A stretch of DNA of 57,345 bases from an uncultured Ruminococcus sp. (GCA_964441695.1 CAYYKO010000002.1:1-57345), one strand, 5' to 3'. Counted from the first letter of the stretch, positions 8,848-19,938 are shown. The notes: a model not told the origin generated them from the letters alone. Made by a program: numbers and translations.

Positions 8848-8882
8848 AAAGGCTCCCCGACAGGTCGTCGGGGAGCCTTTTG
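8848..8882. terminator. Bidirectional terminator between convergent genes
   Basis: AAAGGCTCCCCGAC-AGGT-CGTCGGGGAGCCTTTT with A-run and T-run flanks. It abuts the stop of the minus-strand GH13 gene. Confidence 0.75.
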
Positions 8883-10778
8883 CTATATTCTGAAGTAAGC
8901 GTAGCCGCGCGGGGGCAGCGTAATACTGTCTCCGACCGGTGTGCCGTCCATGCGTCGCAGCTCGAGCTCGGGTGTAAGGCTGCGCTCGGTATCCGTATTG
9001 TTGAACACGGCATAAAGCCCGCCCTCTCCGTGTATTCCGCGTCGGACAAAGGAAAGGCTCTCCGCATCAAGCGTCACAAGCTCAAAGCTCGCATCGCGCA
9101 GCAGCGCCTCGCTCTGTCTGAACCTGCCGAGGCGTCTGTATTCCTCGGTCAGGCGCGCGTCCGCAGCCTTCCATGGGAAGGTCTTGCGGCAGAACGGGTC
9201 GCGATAGCCCTCGACTCCCGCCTCGTCACCGTAGAACACGCACGGCACTCCGGGCAGCGCACATATGATTGCATATGCCTCGATAAGTCGCTGCACAGCG
9301 CGCTCGCGCTCCACGTCACTCATTCGCCGCACGGCAAGCTCCGCATTTGACAGCTCACCGTAGGCGCTGTCGCCGAAAACCGTCAGCGCGCGCTCGGTAT
9401 CGTGCGTTCCGAGGAAATTCATCAGCGAATCCGACACGTGCTTCGGATATCGCCTGTAAAGTCCCTCCGTCGCGCGGCGAAGCAGCTCGCACTCGCCGTT
9501 CAACACATATGAGATCACGGCATTTCTAAGCGGGTAATTCATAACCGAGGACAGCTGTCCCGACGACAGATAGCGTCGACGTCTGCCGTAGCTTACCTTG
9601 TCCGACGCGTCCTCCCACACCTCGCCCACAATGCATGCGTCAGGTGAGGCTTCATGCACCCTTTCCGAAAAGCGGTCAAGGAAGCGGTCGGAGAGCTCGT
9701 CGGCGACATCAAGCCGCCAATGGCGCACGCCGGCTGACATCCATTTTGGCACGACCTGCTCGCAGATGAAGTCAAGATACTCGTAGCTGTCGCTCTTCAC
9801 GCGCGGCAGTATTTTAATTCCCCACCAGCACTCATAGCTGTCTGGATAATCTGTAAACGTGTACCACGGATAATACGGCGAGCTCTTCGAACGGTACGCG
9901 CCGCCGTCGCCGTAATTTCCTTCTTTGTTAAAATAAACACTGTCGCTTCCCGTGTGGTTGAAGACACCGTCGAGCATTACGGCAATCCCGTAGCGCTCCG
10001 CCTCGCGGCACAAAAGCTCGAGCGCCGCATCTCCGCCGAACATTTCGTCGACTGTCATATAGTCCGCGGTGTCGTACTTGTGATTTGACGCGGCGTCAAA
10101 CACCGGCGACAGGTATACAGTTGTCGTGCCGAGCGAGGCAATGTACGGCAGCTTTTCGACAATACCGTACAGGTCGCCGCCGAAGAACATGTTGTTCTTC
10201 ACCTCGCCGCCCGGATACTCGGCAAATTGCGGAATGCCGTGCTCCCAGTCGTCGTTGAGTATCGCGCCGTCCTTTACGGGACACCTGCCGCTTTTTCTGA
10301 AACGGTCGACGAATATGTGATAGATGATCCCGTTGCCGAGGCTCGGCAGGCTGTCGGGCTGCTTATGTATCAAAAGCTGCCTTTCGCCGTTTTCGTGCGA
10401 GGACACAAGCTCGCGCGGCCGCTCACCTCCGAGATAAAGCACGCCGTCGCGCGTGTCAAGCTCGTATTCGTAGTAAAACAGCCCGTAGCTCTCGCCGATA
10501 AGTCTCTCTGACAGCTCGCACGTATCGAGCGTCAGCTCAAAGGCGTCATGCTCCATATCGCTCTGCGCCGACGAAAGCGGGAGCTTAAGATAGGTTATCT
10601 CTCCCTCGTAGCCGTCCGAGTGGATGCGAAGGAGCGCTCCGTGCGCATCAAGCTCACGCGGCACGCGAAGCGTGAAGCACACGTTTTTTCCGCTCGGCAG
10701 GGCTCCGAAGAGGGACATGTCAACGTCCCCCTCCGTTATGCGCTTTTCTTCGCTGATCATACTCTTTTGATATTCCAT
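8883..10778 (-). CDS. GH13 alpha-amylase-family glycosidase (neopullulanase/cyclomaltodextrinase-like)
   Basis: 631 aa with the four GH13 regions: ...VMLDGVFNHTG..., ...RHWRLDVADEL..., ...IVGEVWED..., ...FLGTHDTER.... Last gene of the glg operon; overlaps the glgP stop by 22 nt. Confidence 0.85.
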   Translation of the reverse strand: MEYQKSMISEEKRITEGDVDMSLFGALPSGKNVCFTLRVPRELDAHGALLRIHSDGYEGEITYLKLPLSSAQSDMEHDAFELTLDTCELSERLIGESYGLFYYEYELDTRDGVLYLGGERPRELVSSHENGERQLLIHKQPDSLPSLGNGIIYHIFVDRFRKSGRCPVKDGAILNDDWEHGIPQFAEYPGGEVKNNMFFGGDLYGIVEKLPYIASLGTTTVYLSPVFDAASNHKYDTADYMTVDEMFGGDAALELLCREAERYGIAVMLDGVFNHTGSDSVYFNKEGNYGDGGAYRSKSSPYYPWYTFTDYPDSYECWWGIKILPRVKSDSYEYLDFICEQVVPKWMSAGVRHWRLDVADELSDRFLDRFSERVHEASPDACIVGEVWEDASDKVSYGRRRRYLSSGQLSSVMNYPLRNAVISYVLNGECELLRRATEGLYRRYPKHVSDSLMNFLGTHDTERALTVFGDSAYGELSNAELAVRRMSDVERERAVQRLIEAYAIICALPGVPCVFYGDEAGVEGYRDPFCRKTFPWKAADARLTEEYRRLGRFRQSEALLRDASFELVTLDAESLSFVRRGIHGEGGLYAVFNNTDTERSLTPELELRRMDGTPVGDSITLPPRGYAYFRI

Positions 10779-13183
10779 ATATTCTCAGCGTATTCTCTGA
10801 TGCTTCTGTCTGCGGCAAAGAAGCCTGCCTTTGCAATGTTCACGAGCGACTTCTTCGTCCATGCCTCGCGGTCTGCGTAGTCTGTCATCATGGTGTCGAA
10901 GGTATTGATATACGAATCGAAGTCGGCAAGGCACATGTACGGGTCGGACACGCCGTGAGAGTACAAAAGGTAGCTGACTATCGACTTGAAATCATTGCCC
11001 GCAAGCGACTTCTGCGAAAGTATGTCTATCGCCGCGCGGAGTCTGTCGCTCTGCATGTAATACTTCACGGATTCGTAGCCGCGCTTCCAGAGGTCGTCGA
11101 CCTGGCTGTCGGTCAGACCGAAGATATAAATATTGTCGTCGCCTACAGCATCGCGTATCTCGACATTCGCTCCGTCGAGCGTACCGAGCGTGAGCGCTCC
11201 GTTTATCATGAACTTCATGCAGCCCGTGCCGCTCGCCTCCTTGCCGGCAAGCGAGATCTGCTCGCTGATATCGGTCGCGGGCATGAGCAGCTCGGACTCG
11301 GTGACGTTATATTCCTCGACAAACGCTATGCGGATCACGTCGCGTGCCACGGGGTCACGCGCTATCTCCTCACCGAGGCTCCAGATAAGGCGAATTATAT
11401 TCTTCGCCATGTAATAGCCGCTTGCAGCCTTGCCGCCGAAGATAAACGTTGTCGGCGTGATGTCGGCATTCGGGTTATTCTTCAGCTCTGCGTAAAGCGA
11501 AAGCACCTTGAGAACGTTGAGCAGCTGCCTCTTGTATTCGTGAATACGCTTTACCTGCGTGTCGAATACGGAGGACGCGTCGAGTGCGACGCCTGTCTTG
11601 TTGAAGTAATGCTTCGAGAAGGCAAGCTTGTTTTCCGCCTTTATATCGCGCAGGCGCTCGAGGACCGCCGCGTCGTCGCGGTACTTGAGAAAGTCTTCAA
11701 GTCTCTCGGGATCCTTGCGATAGGAGTCGCCTATCGTCTCGTCAAGCAGGCTCGAGAGCCCGCGGTTCGAGTAGCAAAGCCAGCGCCTGTGCGCGATGCC
11801 GTTGGTTACATTCGTGAATTTCTGCGGGTACGCCTTATAGAAGTCGTGGAACACGGTCTTCTTCAGGATATCCGAATGAAGCGCCGAAACTCCGTTTACG
11901 GTATGCGAAGCAATAACGCTGAGATTTGCCATGCGTATCTGCGAGTACGCGACGACGGACATTCTCGAGATGCGATCCCAGTCGCCGGGGTACATATTCC
12001 AAAGATTGGTGCAAAGACGGCGGTTTATCTCCTCGATTATCATGTAGATTCTCGGCAGCTTCAGGCGGAACAGGTCGACATTCCACGTTTCAAGCGCCTC
12101 GGGAAGCACCGTGTGATTCGTGTAGGACACGACGCGTGTCACGGTTCGCCATGCCTCGTCCCACGAATAGGAATACACGTCGATGAGTATTCGCATAAGC
12201 TCCGGAACGACGAGCGCGGGGTGCGTGTCGTTGATGTGGATAGCTATCTTGTCCGAAAGGTTCTCAAGCGTGCCGTAGGAGGCAAGGTGGTCGCTTATGA
12301 TGCTCTGAAGCGAGGCGGAAACGAGGAAATACTGCTGAGACAGTCTGAGCAGCTTGCCCTCGTCGTGCGCATCCGACGGGTAGAGCACCTTCGAAATTAT
12401 CTCGGCATTCGAGGTCTCCTGCATCGCACGGACATACTCGCCCTGCGAGATAAGGTTCATGTTAAAGGACGTGGTGTCCACCGCCTTCCAGAGGCGGAGA
12501 TTGTTGACAGCGTCGCTGTCGTAGCCCGAGATCATCAGATCGTAGGGCAGCGCGCGTACCTCGCTGTAATTTTCATAGGTAATGTCGCACTTGTCGCCGT
12601 TCCAGTTCTCATGCACCGTGCCGCCGAAGCGAACGGTAAATGCCTTGTCGGTTCTCGGATTGAGCCAAACGCTGCCTCTGTCCATCCAGGAATCGGGGAG
12701 CTCGATCTGCTCTCCATCGACAAGCTTCTGCTTGAAGAAGCCGTACTCGTAGCATATCGAAAAGCCCGTTGCGGGATAGCCGAGCGTTGTGAGCGAATCC
12801 ATGAAGCACGCCGCAAGACGTCCGAGTCCGCCGTTGCCGAGTCCGAGATCGACATCCATCTCATATGCGTCGTCAAGGCTGTAGCCCATGTCCGAGAGCA
12901 CCTCGCGGTACTCATTTTCAAGTCCGAGGTTCATCACGGCGTTCTTCATTGTTTTTCCGACAAGGAATTCCATGCACATATAATATATCTTCTTGCCGCG
13001 CGTCTTCTTCTGGCGGCGCTTGAATTCAACTCTCTTTGCCGCGAGCGTGTCCTTGATGCTGAGGGCGGTCGCCTTATATATCTGCTCCGCGTCAGCCTCG
13101 TCGGAATGCACACCGAAATATCTTATCAGCTTGTCCTCTACCGACTGTCTTATCTGTGTTTTTGTCTGTTCTTCTTTGTTCAT
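10757..13183 (-). CDS. glgP: Glycogen/alpha-glucan phosphorylase
   Basis: 808 aa. ...GLGNGGLGRLAACFMDS..., ...HEYKRQLLN... and the PLP site ...GKEASGTGCMKFMINGA... are GT35 phosphorylase hallmarks. Confidence 0.93.
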   Translation of the reverse strand: MNKEEQTKTQIRQSVEDKLIRYFGVHSDEADAEQIYKATALSIKDTLAAKRVEFKRRQKKTRGKKIYYMCMEFLVGKTMKNAVMNLGLENEYREVLSDMGYSLDDAYEMDVDLGLGNGGLGRLAACFMDSLTTLGYPATGFSICYEYGFFKQKLVDGEQIELPDSWMDRGSVWLNPRTDKAFTVRFGGTVHENWNGDKCDITYENYSEVRALPYDLMISGYDSDAVNNLRLWKAVDTTSFNMNLISQGEYVRAMQETSNAEIISKVLYPSDAHDEGKLLRLSQQYFLVSASLQSIISDHLASYGTLENLSDKIAIHINDTHPALVVPELMRILIDVYSYSWDEAWRTVTRVVSYTNHTVLPEALETWNVDLFRLKLPRIYMIIEEINRRLCTNLWNMYPGDWDRISRMSVVAYSQIRMANLSVIASHTVNGVSALHSDILKKTVFHDFYKAYPQKFTNVTNGIAHRRWLCYSNRGLSSLLDETIGDSYRKDPERLEDFLKYRDDAAVLERLRDIKAENKLAFSKHYFNKTGVALDASSVFDTQVKRIHEYKRQLLNVLKVLSLYAELKNNPNADITPTTFIFGGKAASGYYMAKNIIRLIWSLGEEIARDPVARDVIRIAFVEEYNVTESELLMPATDISEQISLAGKEASGTGCMKFMINGALTLGTLDGANVEIRDAVGDDNIYIFGLTDSQVDDLWKRGYESVKYYMQSDRLRAAIDILSQKSLAGNDFKSIVSYLLYSHGVSDPYMCLADFDSYINTFDTMMTDYADREAWTKKSLVNIAKAGFFAADRSIREYAENIWNIKRV

Positions 13184-13248
13184 TTGTCTCTCCGTGCCGC
13201 CCTTTCGGCGAGCCTTGCTTTAATTTTTCCGCTGCAATAAAACGACTC

Positions 13249-13287
13249 CTGCCGACCCCTCCGAAAAGCCTCCGTTAAGGTCGGCAG
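13249..13287 (-). terminator. Intra-operon hairpin (weak terminator/attenuator) between glgA and glgP
   Basis: 9-bp stem CTGCCGACC / GGTCGGCAG with a 21-nt loop. On the minus strand it is followed by GAGTCGTTTTATT. Confidence 0.3.
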
Positions 13288-13302
13288 AAATTATTTTGTC
13301 AC

Positions 13303-14736
13303 TCAGAGCATTGAGCTATACAGCTTAACGTATTTCTCGGCGGATGCATTCCACGAGAAGTCCACCTTCATGACGCGCCGTCTGAGCGCAGCCCACTTCT
13401 GCTTCTTTCTGTATATCTCGAGGGCGTACTCGATGACCGCCATCATGTCGTGCGCGTTATAATTTGCAAACGAGAAGCCGTTGCCCTCGCCGGTAAATTC
13501 GTTGTACGGCTTTATCGTGTCGTAGAGTCCTCCCGTTTCGCGAACGATCGGGACCGTGCCGTAGCGCGAGGCTATCATCTGCGACAGTCCGCACGGCTCG
13601 CTCTTTGAAGGCATGAGGAATATATCGCCGCCGGCGTAGAATTTCTTCGACAGCGCCTTATTGTACTCGAGGCGCACCGCAACGCGACCGGGGTGGTCAG
13701 CCGCCGCGCGGAGGAAAAAGTCCTCATATTCGCACTCACCCGTGCCGAGCACTGCAAAGGAGGCGTCCGTGTGCTCGAGAATATCGTAAAGCACACATCT
13801 CACAAGCTCAAAGCCCTTATGCCCCGCAAGTCGCGATACCATAACGATGAGCGGCTTTTTCGGGTCGGGGTCGAGTCCGCATATCTCGCACAGCTCCGCC
13901 TTGTCGCGTGCCTTGCCCGCAATTTTGTCTGCGCTGTAGCACTCGGCGATATCGCAGTCGTGCTCGGGATTGTAGTACTCGATATCGATACCGTTCGTAA
14001 TTCCGGTAAGCTTGTCGCGGCTGTCACGCAGGATGTGGTAAAGCCCGTGCGAATAATATTCCGTAAGGATCTCCGAGGCGTAGCGCTCGCTGACCGTGCT
14101 TACCATATCGGAGCAGGTAACAGCGCCCTTGAGAAGGTTGATGCATCCGTCATATTCTACCACAGAGCGATCCGTTTCGTCAAGGTCGAATACGTCGCCG
14201 AGAATGCCGAGGTCGTACTTTCCCTGATATTCGATATTATGTATCGTAAACAGCGTCCGTACATTGCAATACGGCTCGATGCCCGCAAGGCGGCGCTTCA
14301 GGTAAATTACGGCAAGCGCACTCTGCCAGTCGTTGGCATGCATAACGTCCGGGACGAAGCCGACTGTCGCCATCAGGTGCAGCACAGCCTTTCCGAAGTA
14401 AGCGAAGCGTTCTCCGTCGTCGTACTGTCCGTAGAGCATACGGCGGGCAAAATAGTACTCGTTGTCAATGAAGTACACGGTCACGCCGTCGCGCTCCGTC
14501 TTCCATATTCCGCAGTAGAGTCTGCGCCAGGAAAGTCTCAGCTCTCCCTCGGAAACACGCTCGAAGCTGTCGTCCATCTTTTCCTTTATCGCGGGATACA
14601 TGGGGATAACGACGCGGACATCCGCCTCTCCTCCGGTTGCACGGCGCACCGCGGCGGGAAGTGAGCCGATAACATCGGCAAGACCGCCCGTCGATACGAA
14701 CGGCAATGCCTCCGAGGCTACGTATAATATTTTCAT
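13303..14736 (-). CDS. glgA: Glycogen synthase (ADP-glucose type)
   Basis: 477 aa. MKILYVASEALPFVSTGGLADV... (KxGGL-type motif) and a GT5 C-terminal domain. Confidence 0.93.
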   Translation of the reverse strand: MKILYVASEALPFVSTGGLADVIGSLPAAVRRATGGEADVRVVIPMYPAIKEKMDDSFERVSEGELRLSWRRLYCGIWKTERDGVTVYFIDNEYYFARRMLYGQYDDGERFAYFGKAVLHLMATVGFVPDVMHANDWQSALAVIYLKRRLAGIEPYCNVRTLFTIHNIEYQGKYDLGILGDVFDLDETDRSVVEYDGCINLLKGAVTCSDMVSTVSERYASEILTEYYSHGLYHILRDSRDKLTGITNGIDIEYYNPEHDCDIAECYSADKIAGKARDKAELCEICGLDPDPKKPLIVMVSRLAGHKGFELVRCVLYDILEHTDASFAVLGTGECEYEDFFLRAAADHPGRVAVRLEYNKALSKKFYAGGDIFLMPSKSEPCGLSQMIASRYGTVPIVRETGGLYDTIKPYNEFTGEGNGFSFANYNAHDMMAVIEYALEIYRKKQKWAALRRRVMKVDFSWNASAEKYVKLYSSML

Positions 14737-14758
14737 TTCAATTTCCTTTCAAGCTGTC

Positions 14759-15892
14759 TCAAAGCACTCTGTCCTTGGATATGTAATACGGAAGCTCCTC
14801 GGTTCCCGAGAGCAGCCGTCCGTCTCTGATGAACGCATTCTTGTCGCTGACGACGCAATTTATATATGCTCCCTCTCCGATGTAGCTGTCCTGCATGATT
14901 ATCGAGTTGCGGACGGTCGCGTTGCGGCTGACCTTGACTCCGCGGAACAGTATCGAATTCTCGACCGTGCCCTCAATGCGGCAGCCGTCGGCGATGAGTG
15001 AATTGCGCGCTTCGGAGTCGTTGCTGAAATACGTCGGCACCGAGTTTCTGATCTTCGTGTAGATCGGGCGGTTCTTCACGCCGAATATGGCACGGCGGAA
15101 GCTGTCGTCGCCGATAAGCTGCATGCTGTACTTGAAGTAATCCGCGAAGGAACGAATGCAGGCAAAGTGTCCGTCGTATCTGTAGACGGCGAACTTGTGT
15201 GTGTTCAGATTTCTCAGCACAACGTCGCGCGTCATGCTCGTGTAGCCGTGCGCGATGGCATCAAGCACCGTCTGCTGTAAAAATCTCGTGTTCACGACGG
15301 TAATGTTGAGTCCGACGTCGGCGCGACCCGAGAACTTCTTCGGGAAGGCGAGCACATCTGTGACAAAGCCGTTGTCGTCGGAGTAGTATATCGTGCTCGA
15401 CTCCGCCTCCTTTTCCGTAAGGTCGACGCTCTTGACCGCCATTGTCATCTCCGCGCCGCTCTCCTTGTGGAACCTTATTATATCGTTAAAGTCGACATTG
15501 CACACGACATCGCAGTCGGACATTACGACATAGTCGGCGGTCAGTCTGCCGAGAATGTAGCTGACGCTCTTTAACGCCTCAAGGCGGGAGGTGTAGAGCG
15601 AGTTTGCCGCGTTCGCATATGCCGTGATATACGGCGGCAGAATTTTAACGCCTCCACTGCGCCGCGCGAGATCCCAGTCCTTACCGCTTCCGATGTGATC
15701 CATGAGCGACTGGTAATTATAATGCGCAATGACGCTGATATCGAAAATATTGGAGTTTACCATATTGGAAAGCGCGAAATCTATGAATCTGTATCTGCAA
15801 CCGAAGGGCACAGAGGCGACCGTTCGTCTGACGGTGAGCTCGGGCAGATTGGAATCGTGTATATTAGAAAAAATAATTCCTGTGGCTGACAT
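14759..15892 (-). CDS. glgD: Glucose-1-phosphate adenylyltransferase, GlgD (regulatory) subunit
   Basis: 377 aa paralogue of GlgC lacking the GGxGxRL motif (starts ...GIIFSNIHDSNLPELT...) with a left-handed beta-helix C-terminus. Position between glgC and glgA is typical of Firmicutes. Confidence 0.88.
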   Translation of the reverse strand: MSATGIIFSNIHDSNLPELTVRRTVASVPFGCRYRFIDFALSNMVNSNIFDISVIAHYNYQSLMDHIGSGKDWDLARRSGGVKILPPYITAYANAANSLYTSRLEALKSVSYILGRLTADYVVMSDCDVVCNVDFNDIIRFHKESGAEMTMAVKSVDLTEKEAESSTIYYSDDNGFVTDVLAFPKKFSGRADVGLNITVVNTRFLQQTVLDAIAHGYTSMTRDVVLRNLNTHKFAVYRYDGHFACIRSFADYFKYSMQLIGDDSFRRAIFGVKNRPIYTKIRNSVPTYFSNDSEARNSLIADGCRIEGTVENSILFRGVKVSRNATVRNSIIMQDSYIGEGAYINCVVSDKNAFIRDGRLLSGTEELPYYISKDRVL

Positions 15893-15946
15893 TTGATTCT
15901 CCGTTCTTCCGCTGTTGTGCGGTTTATTTTGATAGCTTTGCGGGGG

Positions 15947-17149
15947 TTACTTATTTTGCGCGAGCCACTCGCCGTTTACCATTGCCCCGCCGGGGATATT
16001 TGCATTGTCTTCGAGCTCAAGCGAGCAGCCGACTACCGTTATCGCGTCGCTCATGGTCTTCGTGCGTCCTACGACGCAATTCGCACCGATCTTCGTGTTC
16101 TCGTCGATTATACTGTAGTTTACCGTCGCGCCGGCTCCGATGTGAACGCCGCTCATGATGACGGAGTCCTTAATATACGCGCCGCGCTCGACCGTTACTC
16201 CGCTGAAGAGTATCGAGTTTTCGACGATTCCCTCAATGTCGCAGCCCTCTGTGATGAGCGAATTCGAGATCTTCGCCTTTTCGCCGACGTGCTGAGGCGG
16301 CATTGCGGTGTTGCGCGAGTAAATGCGCCAGCTCTTGTCCTTGAGATCGAACACGGGGCTCTCGCCGAGCAGATCCATATTCGCCTCCCAAAGCGACGAT
16401 ATCGTTCCGACGTCCTTCCAATAGCCGTGGAAGGGGTAGGCGAACATCTCGCGTCCGTCTGCGAGCATCTTCGGAATTATATTCTTGCCGAAGTCGTTCG
16501 AGGAGGCAGGGTCTGCCTCGTCCTCGGTCAGATATTTCTCAAGCAGCGCGCGGTTGAATATGTAGATTCCCATCGAAGCGTTTGTCGACTTCGGGCGCGC
16601 GGGCTTCTCCTCGAATTCGAGTATTCTCATGTCGTCATCGGTATTCATAATGCCGAAGCGGCTCGCCTCCTCGAGGCTCACGTTGAGCACCGCGATCGTG
16701 CAGTCGGCGCCCTTTGCGATATGCTCCTGAAGCATCGCATTGTAATCCATCTTATATATGTGGTCGCCGGAGAGGATGAGCACGTAATCCGGGTCATATC
16801 TGTTGATAAAGTCGAGGTTCTGGTAAATTGCGTTTGCCGTGCCCTTATACCAGTCCGCGCCGTTTTTTCCCTGATACGGCGGGAGAACCATAACTCCGCT
16901 CTGCATGCGGTCGAGGTCCCACGGCTGTCCGTTTCCGATATATTCGTTGAGCACGAGGGGCTGATACTGCGTCAGCACGCCCACCGTATATATGTGGGAA
17001 TTGACGCAGTTTGAAAGCGGAAAATCGATTATACGGTATTTGCCGCCGAAGGGTACTGCGGGCTTTGCTGTTTTTTCCGTAAGCGTATAAAGTCTGCTTC
17101 CCTGTCCGCCGGCAAGGAGCATTGCTACGCATTGCTGCTTTTTGTACAT
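15947..17149 (-). CDS. glgC: Glucose-1-phosphate adenylyltransferase
   Basis: Canonical N-terminus [24 protein letters not shown].... I trim the 450-aa ORF to the ATG at 17149 (400 aa). The 50 extra upstream codons overlap the glgB 3' end and look non-coding. Confidence 0.92.
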   Translation of the reverse strand: MYKKQQCVAMLLAGGQGSRLYTLTEKTAKPAVPFGGKYRIIDFPLSNCVNSHIYTVGVLTQYQPLVLNEYIGNGQPWDLDRMQSGVMVLPPYQGKNGADWYKGTANAIYQNLDFINRYDPDYVLILSGDHIYKMDYNAMLQEHIAKGADCTIAVLNVSLEEASRFGIMNTDDDMRILEFEEKPARPKSTNASMGIYIFNRALLEKYLTEDEADPASSNDFGKNIIPKMLADGREMFAYPFHGYWKDVGTISSLWEANMDLLGESPVFDLKDKSWRIYSRNTAMPPQHVGEKAKISNSLITEGCDIEGIVENSILFSGVTVERGAYIKDSVIMSGVHIGAGATVNYSIIDENTKIGANCVVGRTKTMSDAITVVGCSLELEDNANIPGGAMVNGEWLAQNK

Positions 17150-17171
17150 AGTCTGCACCGCTCTTTCTGTT

Positions 17172-19172
17172 TTATTTTTTGTTATTTGAATCCGTTTTGC
17201 GTCGGGTATTCGCTGTTTTTCTTGCGCTGCGCTTCCTTGGAGCCTTCTTTTTTCGAAGTATGATTCCCGAAAGCGCGGGTAAGCTGAAGGTGAGCACATC
17301 GCGTCCGTCAGCCTCTCGAACGGAGGAGGTCAGCACCTCGCCGATGTCCGTTCCGCTTCCGCCGTACATGTACATATCCGAGTTTATAAGAACCTCGTAT
17401 TCGCCGGCGTCGGAGAGCTCGAGCACAAAGCCGTCTCTGCATATCGGAGAGTAATTTATCACCGCGATAAGCTCGTCTCGCGCGGCGTCAAGGCGGCTAT
17501 AGGCGACCGTATTAATGTCCGCCGAGTCGGCATATATCCACTCGAAGCCGTCCCAGCCGTCGTCGATCTGCCACAGCTGCGGCGAGTCGAGATAAACGTG
17601 ATTAAGCTCGCGAACAAAGCGCTGCATCTCGGTGTGCCGCGGGTATTCGAGCATGAACCACTCAAGCTGCTCCTTCTCCGTCCACTCGCGGAACTGCGCG
17701 AATTCGCAGCCCATAAAGGTCAGCTTCTTTCCGGGGAGCGTCATCATGTTGACAAGGAAGGCTCGCATTCCCGAGAACTTCTCGTCGTAGGAGCCGTACA
17801 TCTTGTCGACAAGCGAGCGCTTACCGTGGACGACCTCATCGTGCGACACGGGAAGGATGTAATTCTCCGTGAAGGTGTACATCAGCGGGAAGGTGAGCTT
17901 TGTGTGGCTGTACTGCCTGTATATCGGGTCGGTCGCAACATATTCAAACATGTCGTTCGCCCAGCCCATGTTCCACTTGAAATTAAAGCCGAGTCCTCCG
18001 ACGTCGACGGGCTTCGTTATCATCGGCCACGAGGTCGACTCCTCTGCTATCATCAGCGCATCGGGAAATTCGGCGAACACCGCCGTATTCAGCTTTCTGA
18101 AGAAGGCTATAGCCTCGAGATTTTTGTTATCCCCGTCAGAGTTCGGCACCCACTCGCCGGGCTCTCTGTCGTAATCAAGGTAAAGCATAGACGCCACCGC
18201 GTCCACGCGAAGACCGTCAATGTGGTAGCGCCTCATCCAGAACAGCGCGTTTGAGATAAGGAACGACTGCACCTCGCAGCGTCCGACGTCAAAGCAGCGC
18301 GTGCCCCAGCCTCGATGCTCCATGCGGTCGCGCCCCTGATACTCGTACAGCGGCTCGCCGTCGAATTCGTAAAGACCGTACCTGTCCTTCGGAAAATGCG
18401 CCGGGACCCAGTCGAGTATTACGCCGATGCCCGCGCGGTGGAGCCTGTCGACGAAATACGCGAAATCCTCGGGAGTTCCGTATCTTGCGCTCGGCGCAAA
18501 ATAGCCTGTGACCTGGTAGCCCCACGAGCCGTCGAAGGGGTGCTCCGCTATCGGGAGCAGCTCGACATGCGTGTAGCCCATGTCCTTGACATACGCGGCA
18601 AGCTTCCTTGCCGCCTCGCGGTAGGAGAGGTAATTCTCGCCGTTCTCCGTGCTCTTTCCGTCCTTGGTGCGCCACGAGCCGAGGTGCAGCTCGTAGATGT
18701 TCATCGGCGAGGCGTAATAATGACCCGCGCGCACATCCTTCTTCGAGCGCTCGGCGCGACGTCGCAGCCACGCGTTATCGTGCCAGACAAAGGAATCGGT
18801 ATCATAAACCACTGATGCGCTCTCGCCGAGCGTCTGCGCGGAAAACGCATAGGGGTCAGCCTTAAGATATGTAGCTCCGTCGGCGCCCGTTACTGCGTAT
18901 TTGTAATACATTCCGTTAAAGGAGTGCGTGCCCTCGAGCGAGGTCTGCCAGACGCCCGCCTCACTCGCGCGTTCCATTGCCCGCGGCGCGTCCCAGGAGG
19001 TAATGTCGCTCGCGAGAGCCACGCCTCGCGCATTCGGCGCCCAGACGCGGAAGATGCAGGTATATTTCTCGCCGTCGAAGGTCTCGTGCGCGCCGAGATA
19101 TTCGTATGACGCAAAATTCGTTCCCTGGTGGAACAGGTATGCCTGAAGCTTTTCGGATTCTGTATTTTTCAT
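17172..19172 (-). CDS. glgB: 1,4-alpha-glucan branching enzyme
   Basis: GH13_9 motifs ...[11 protein letters not shown]..., ...[13 protein letters not shown]..., ...MIAEEST..., ...[11 protein letters not shown].... Start placed at ATG 19172 (MKNTESEK...), preceded by GGAG. The C-terminal about 28 aa are Lys/Arg-rich. Confidence 0.92.
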   Translation of the reverse strand: MKNTESEKLQAYLFHQGTNFASYEYLGAHETFDGEKYTCIFRVWAPNARGVALASDITSWDAPRAMERASEAGVWQTSLEGTHSFNGMYYKYAVTGADGATYLKADPYAFSAQTLGESASVVYDTDSFVWHDNAWLRRRAERSKKDVRAGHYYASPMNIYELHLGSWRTKDGKSTENGENYLSYREAARKLAAYVKDMGYTHVELLPIAEHPFDGSWGYQVTGYFAPSARYGTPEDFAYFVDRLHRAGIGVILDWVPAHFPKDRYGLYEFDGEPLYEYQGRDRMEHRGWGTRCFDVGRCEVQSFLISNALFWMRRYHIDGLRVDAVASMLYLDYDREPGEWVPNSDGDNKNLEAIAFFRKLNTAVFAEFPDALMIAEESTSWPMITKPVDVGGLGFNFKWNMGWANDMFEYVATDPIYRQYSHTKLTFPLMYTFTENYILPVSHDEVVHGKRSLVDKMYGSYDEKFSGMRAFLVNMMTLPGKKLTFMGCEFAQFREWTEKEQLEWFMLEYPRHTEMQRFVRELNHVYLDSPQLWQIDDGWDGFEWIYADSADINTVAYSRLDAARDELIAVINYSPICRDGFVLELSDAGEYEVLINSDMYMYGGSGTDIGEVLTSSVREADGRDVLTFSLPALSGIILRKKKAPRKRSARKTANTRRKTDSNNKK

Positions 19173-19254
19173 GCCATCTCCGTTGATACTTTTAATTATA
19201 TTCGCCTCCGCGCCGAAAAGCACGCGGAAGCTGTCGTCTCAAAAAACTTTCGCT

Positions 19255-19288
19255 GCAAAAAAACGGCAACACATTCACTGTGCCGCCG
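19255..19288 (-). terminator. Possible terminator after mpg
   Basis: Imperfect hairpin GGCACA...TGTGTTGCC overlapping the mpg stop, followed on the minus strand by a 7-T run. Confidence 0.4.
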
Positions 19289-19934
19289 CATAACGGCGGA
19301 GAGGGTCGTCCTGCGACAGCGCAAAGCGCCACGGTCGCAGAGCATCCTCCCCGGCATAATCGATATTGAGCCTCTTCGACACCGCAATTTCCCCTGTCGG
19401 GTAAAGCTCGGCATCGCAAATGTAAATTCTTTCGCCGTCAAGGCGCAAAGAGTCGCAGTCTCTGTCAATAGCCATGGCTCGGCACAGCTTACCGGGACCG
19501 TCTGCGATATGTCGCCGGGTATTCGCGGTCACTCCCGCTCGGGAGGCTCGGCGCTCGAGCATGGTCTCGCGTCCGAAATAGGGCAAGACGCCCCTTATCA
19601 GCACAGCCTCGGGGATATTCTCTGCGTTTGCCGTGACGTTCATGCAGTAATACATTCCGTATATCATATAGACATACGCACAGCCGCCGGGCAGGTACAT
19701 TGACTCGTTTCGGGCACTTCTGTGTCCGCCGAAGGCATGGCAGGCACGGTCTGTCGTACCCATATACGCCTCCGTGTCGGCAATGATTCCCGCCGTTACC
19801 GCGCCGTCCGACACGGTGACGAGAAGCTTTCCGAGCAGAGCCCGAGCAAGGCACAAAGCATCCGCAGTATAAAATTCGCTTGACATTTTCTTTCCGAAGG
19901 TCTTCATTTTACACTCGGTGCCGTCCTTTCTCAA
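19275..19934 (-). CDS. mpg: DNA-3-methyladenine glycosylase (MPG/AAG family)
   Basis: ...FYTADALCLARALLGKLLV...TEAYMGTTDRACHAFGG...RNESMYLPGGCAYVYMIYGMYYCMNV... is the MPG family signature. The codon at 19934 is TTG; alternative ATG starts lie at 19907 and 19886. Only 4 nt separate it from the lexA stop. Confidence 0.85.
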   Translation of the reverse strand: MRKDGTECKMKTFGKKMSSEFYTADALCLARALLGKLLVTVSDGAVTAGIIADTEAYMGTTDRACHAFGGHRSARNESMYLPGGCAYVYMIYGMYYCMNVTANAENIPEAVLIRGVLPYFGRETMLERRASRAGVTANTRRHIADGPGKLCRAMAIDRDCDSLRLDGERIYICDAELYPTGEIAVSKRLNIDYAGEDALRPWRFALSQDDPLRRYAAAQ

Positions 19935-19938
19935 ATAA

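Noticed and set aside
10955-13240. 761-aa ORF on the plus strand
   Set aside because: It lies entirely antisense to glgP, whose product is unmistakable. The translation is Arg/Val/Leu/Ala-rich with no recognisable motifs. Long antisense ORFs are expected in GC3-rich genes.
15893-17014. 373-aa ORF on the plus strand
   Set aside because: Antisense to glgC, which has the canonical GGxGxRL motif. Treated as a shadow ORF.
17150-17299. 50-codon N-terminal extension of glgC
   Set aside because: The conserved GlgC N-terminus begins at [20 protein letters not shown] (ATG 17149). The extension overlaps the glgB 3' end.
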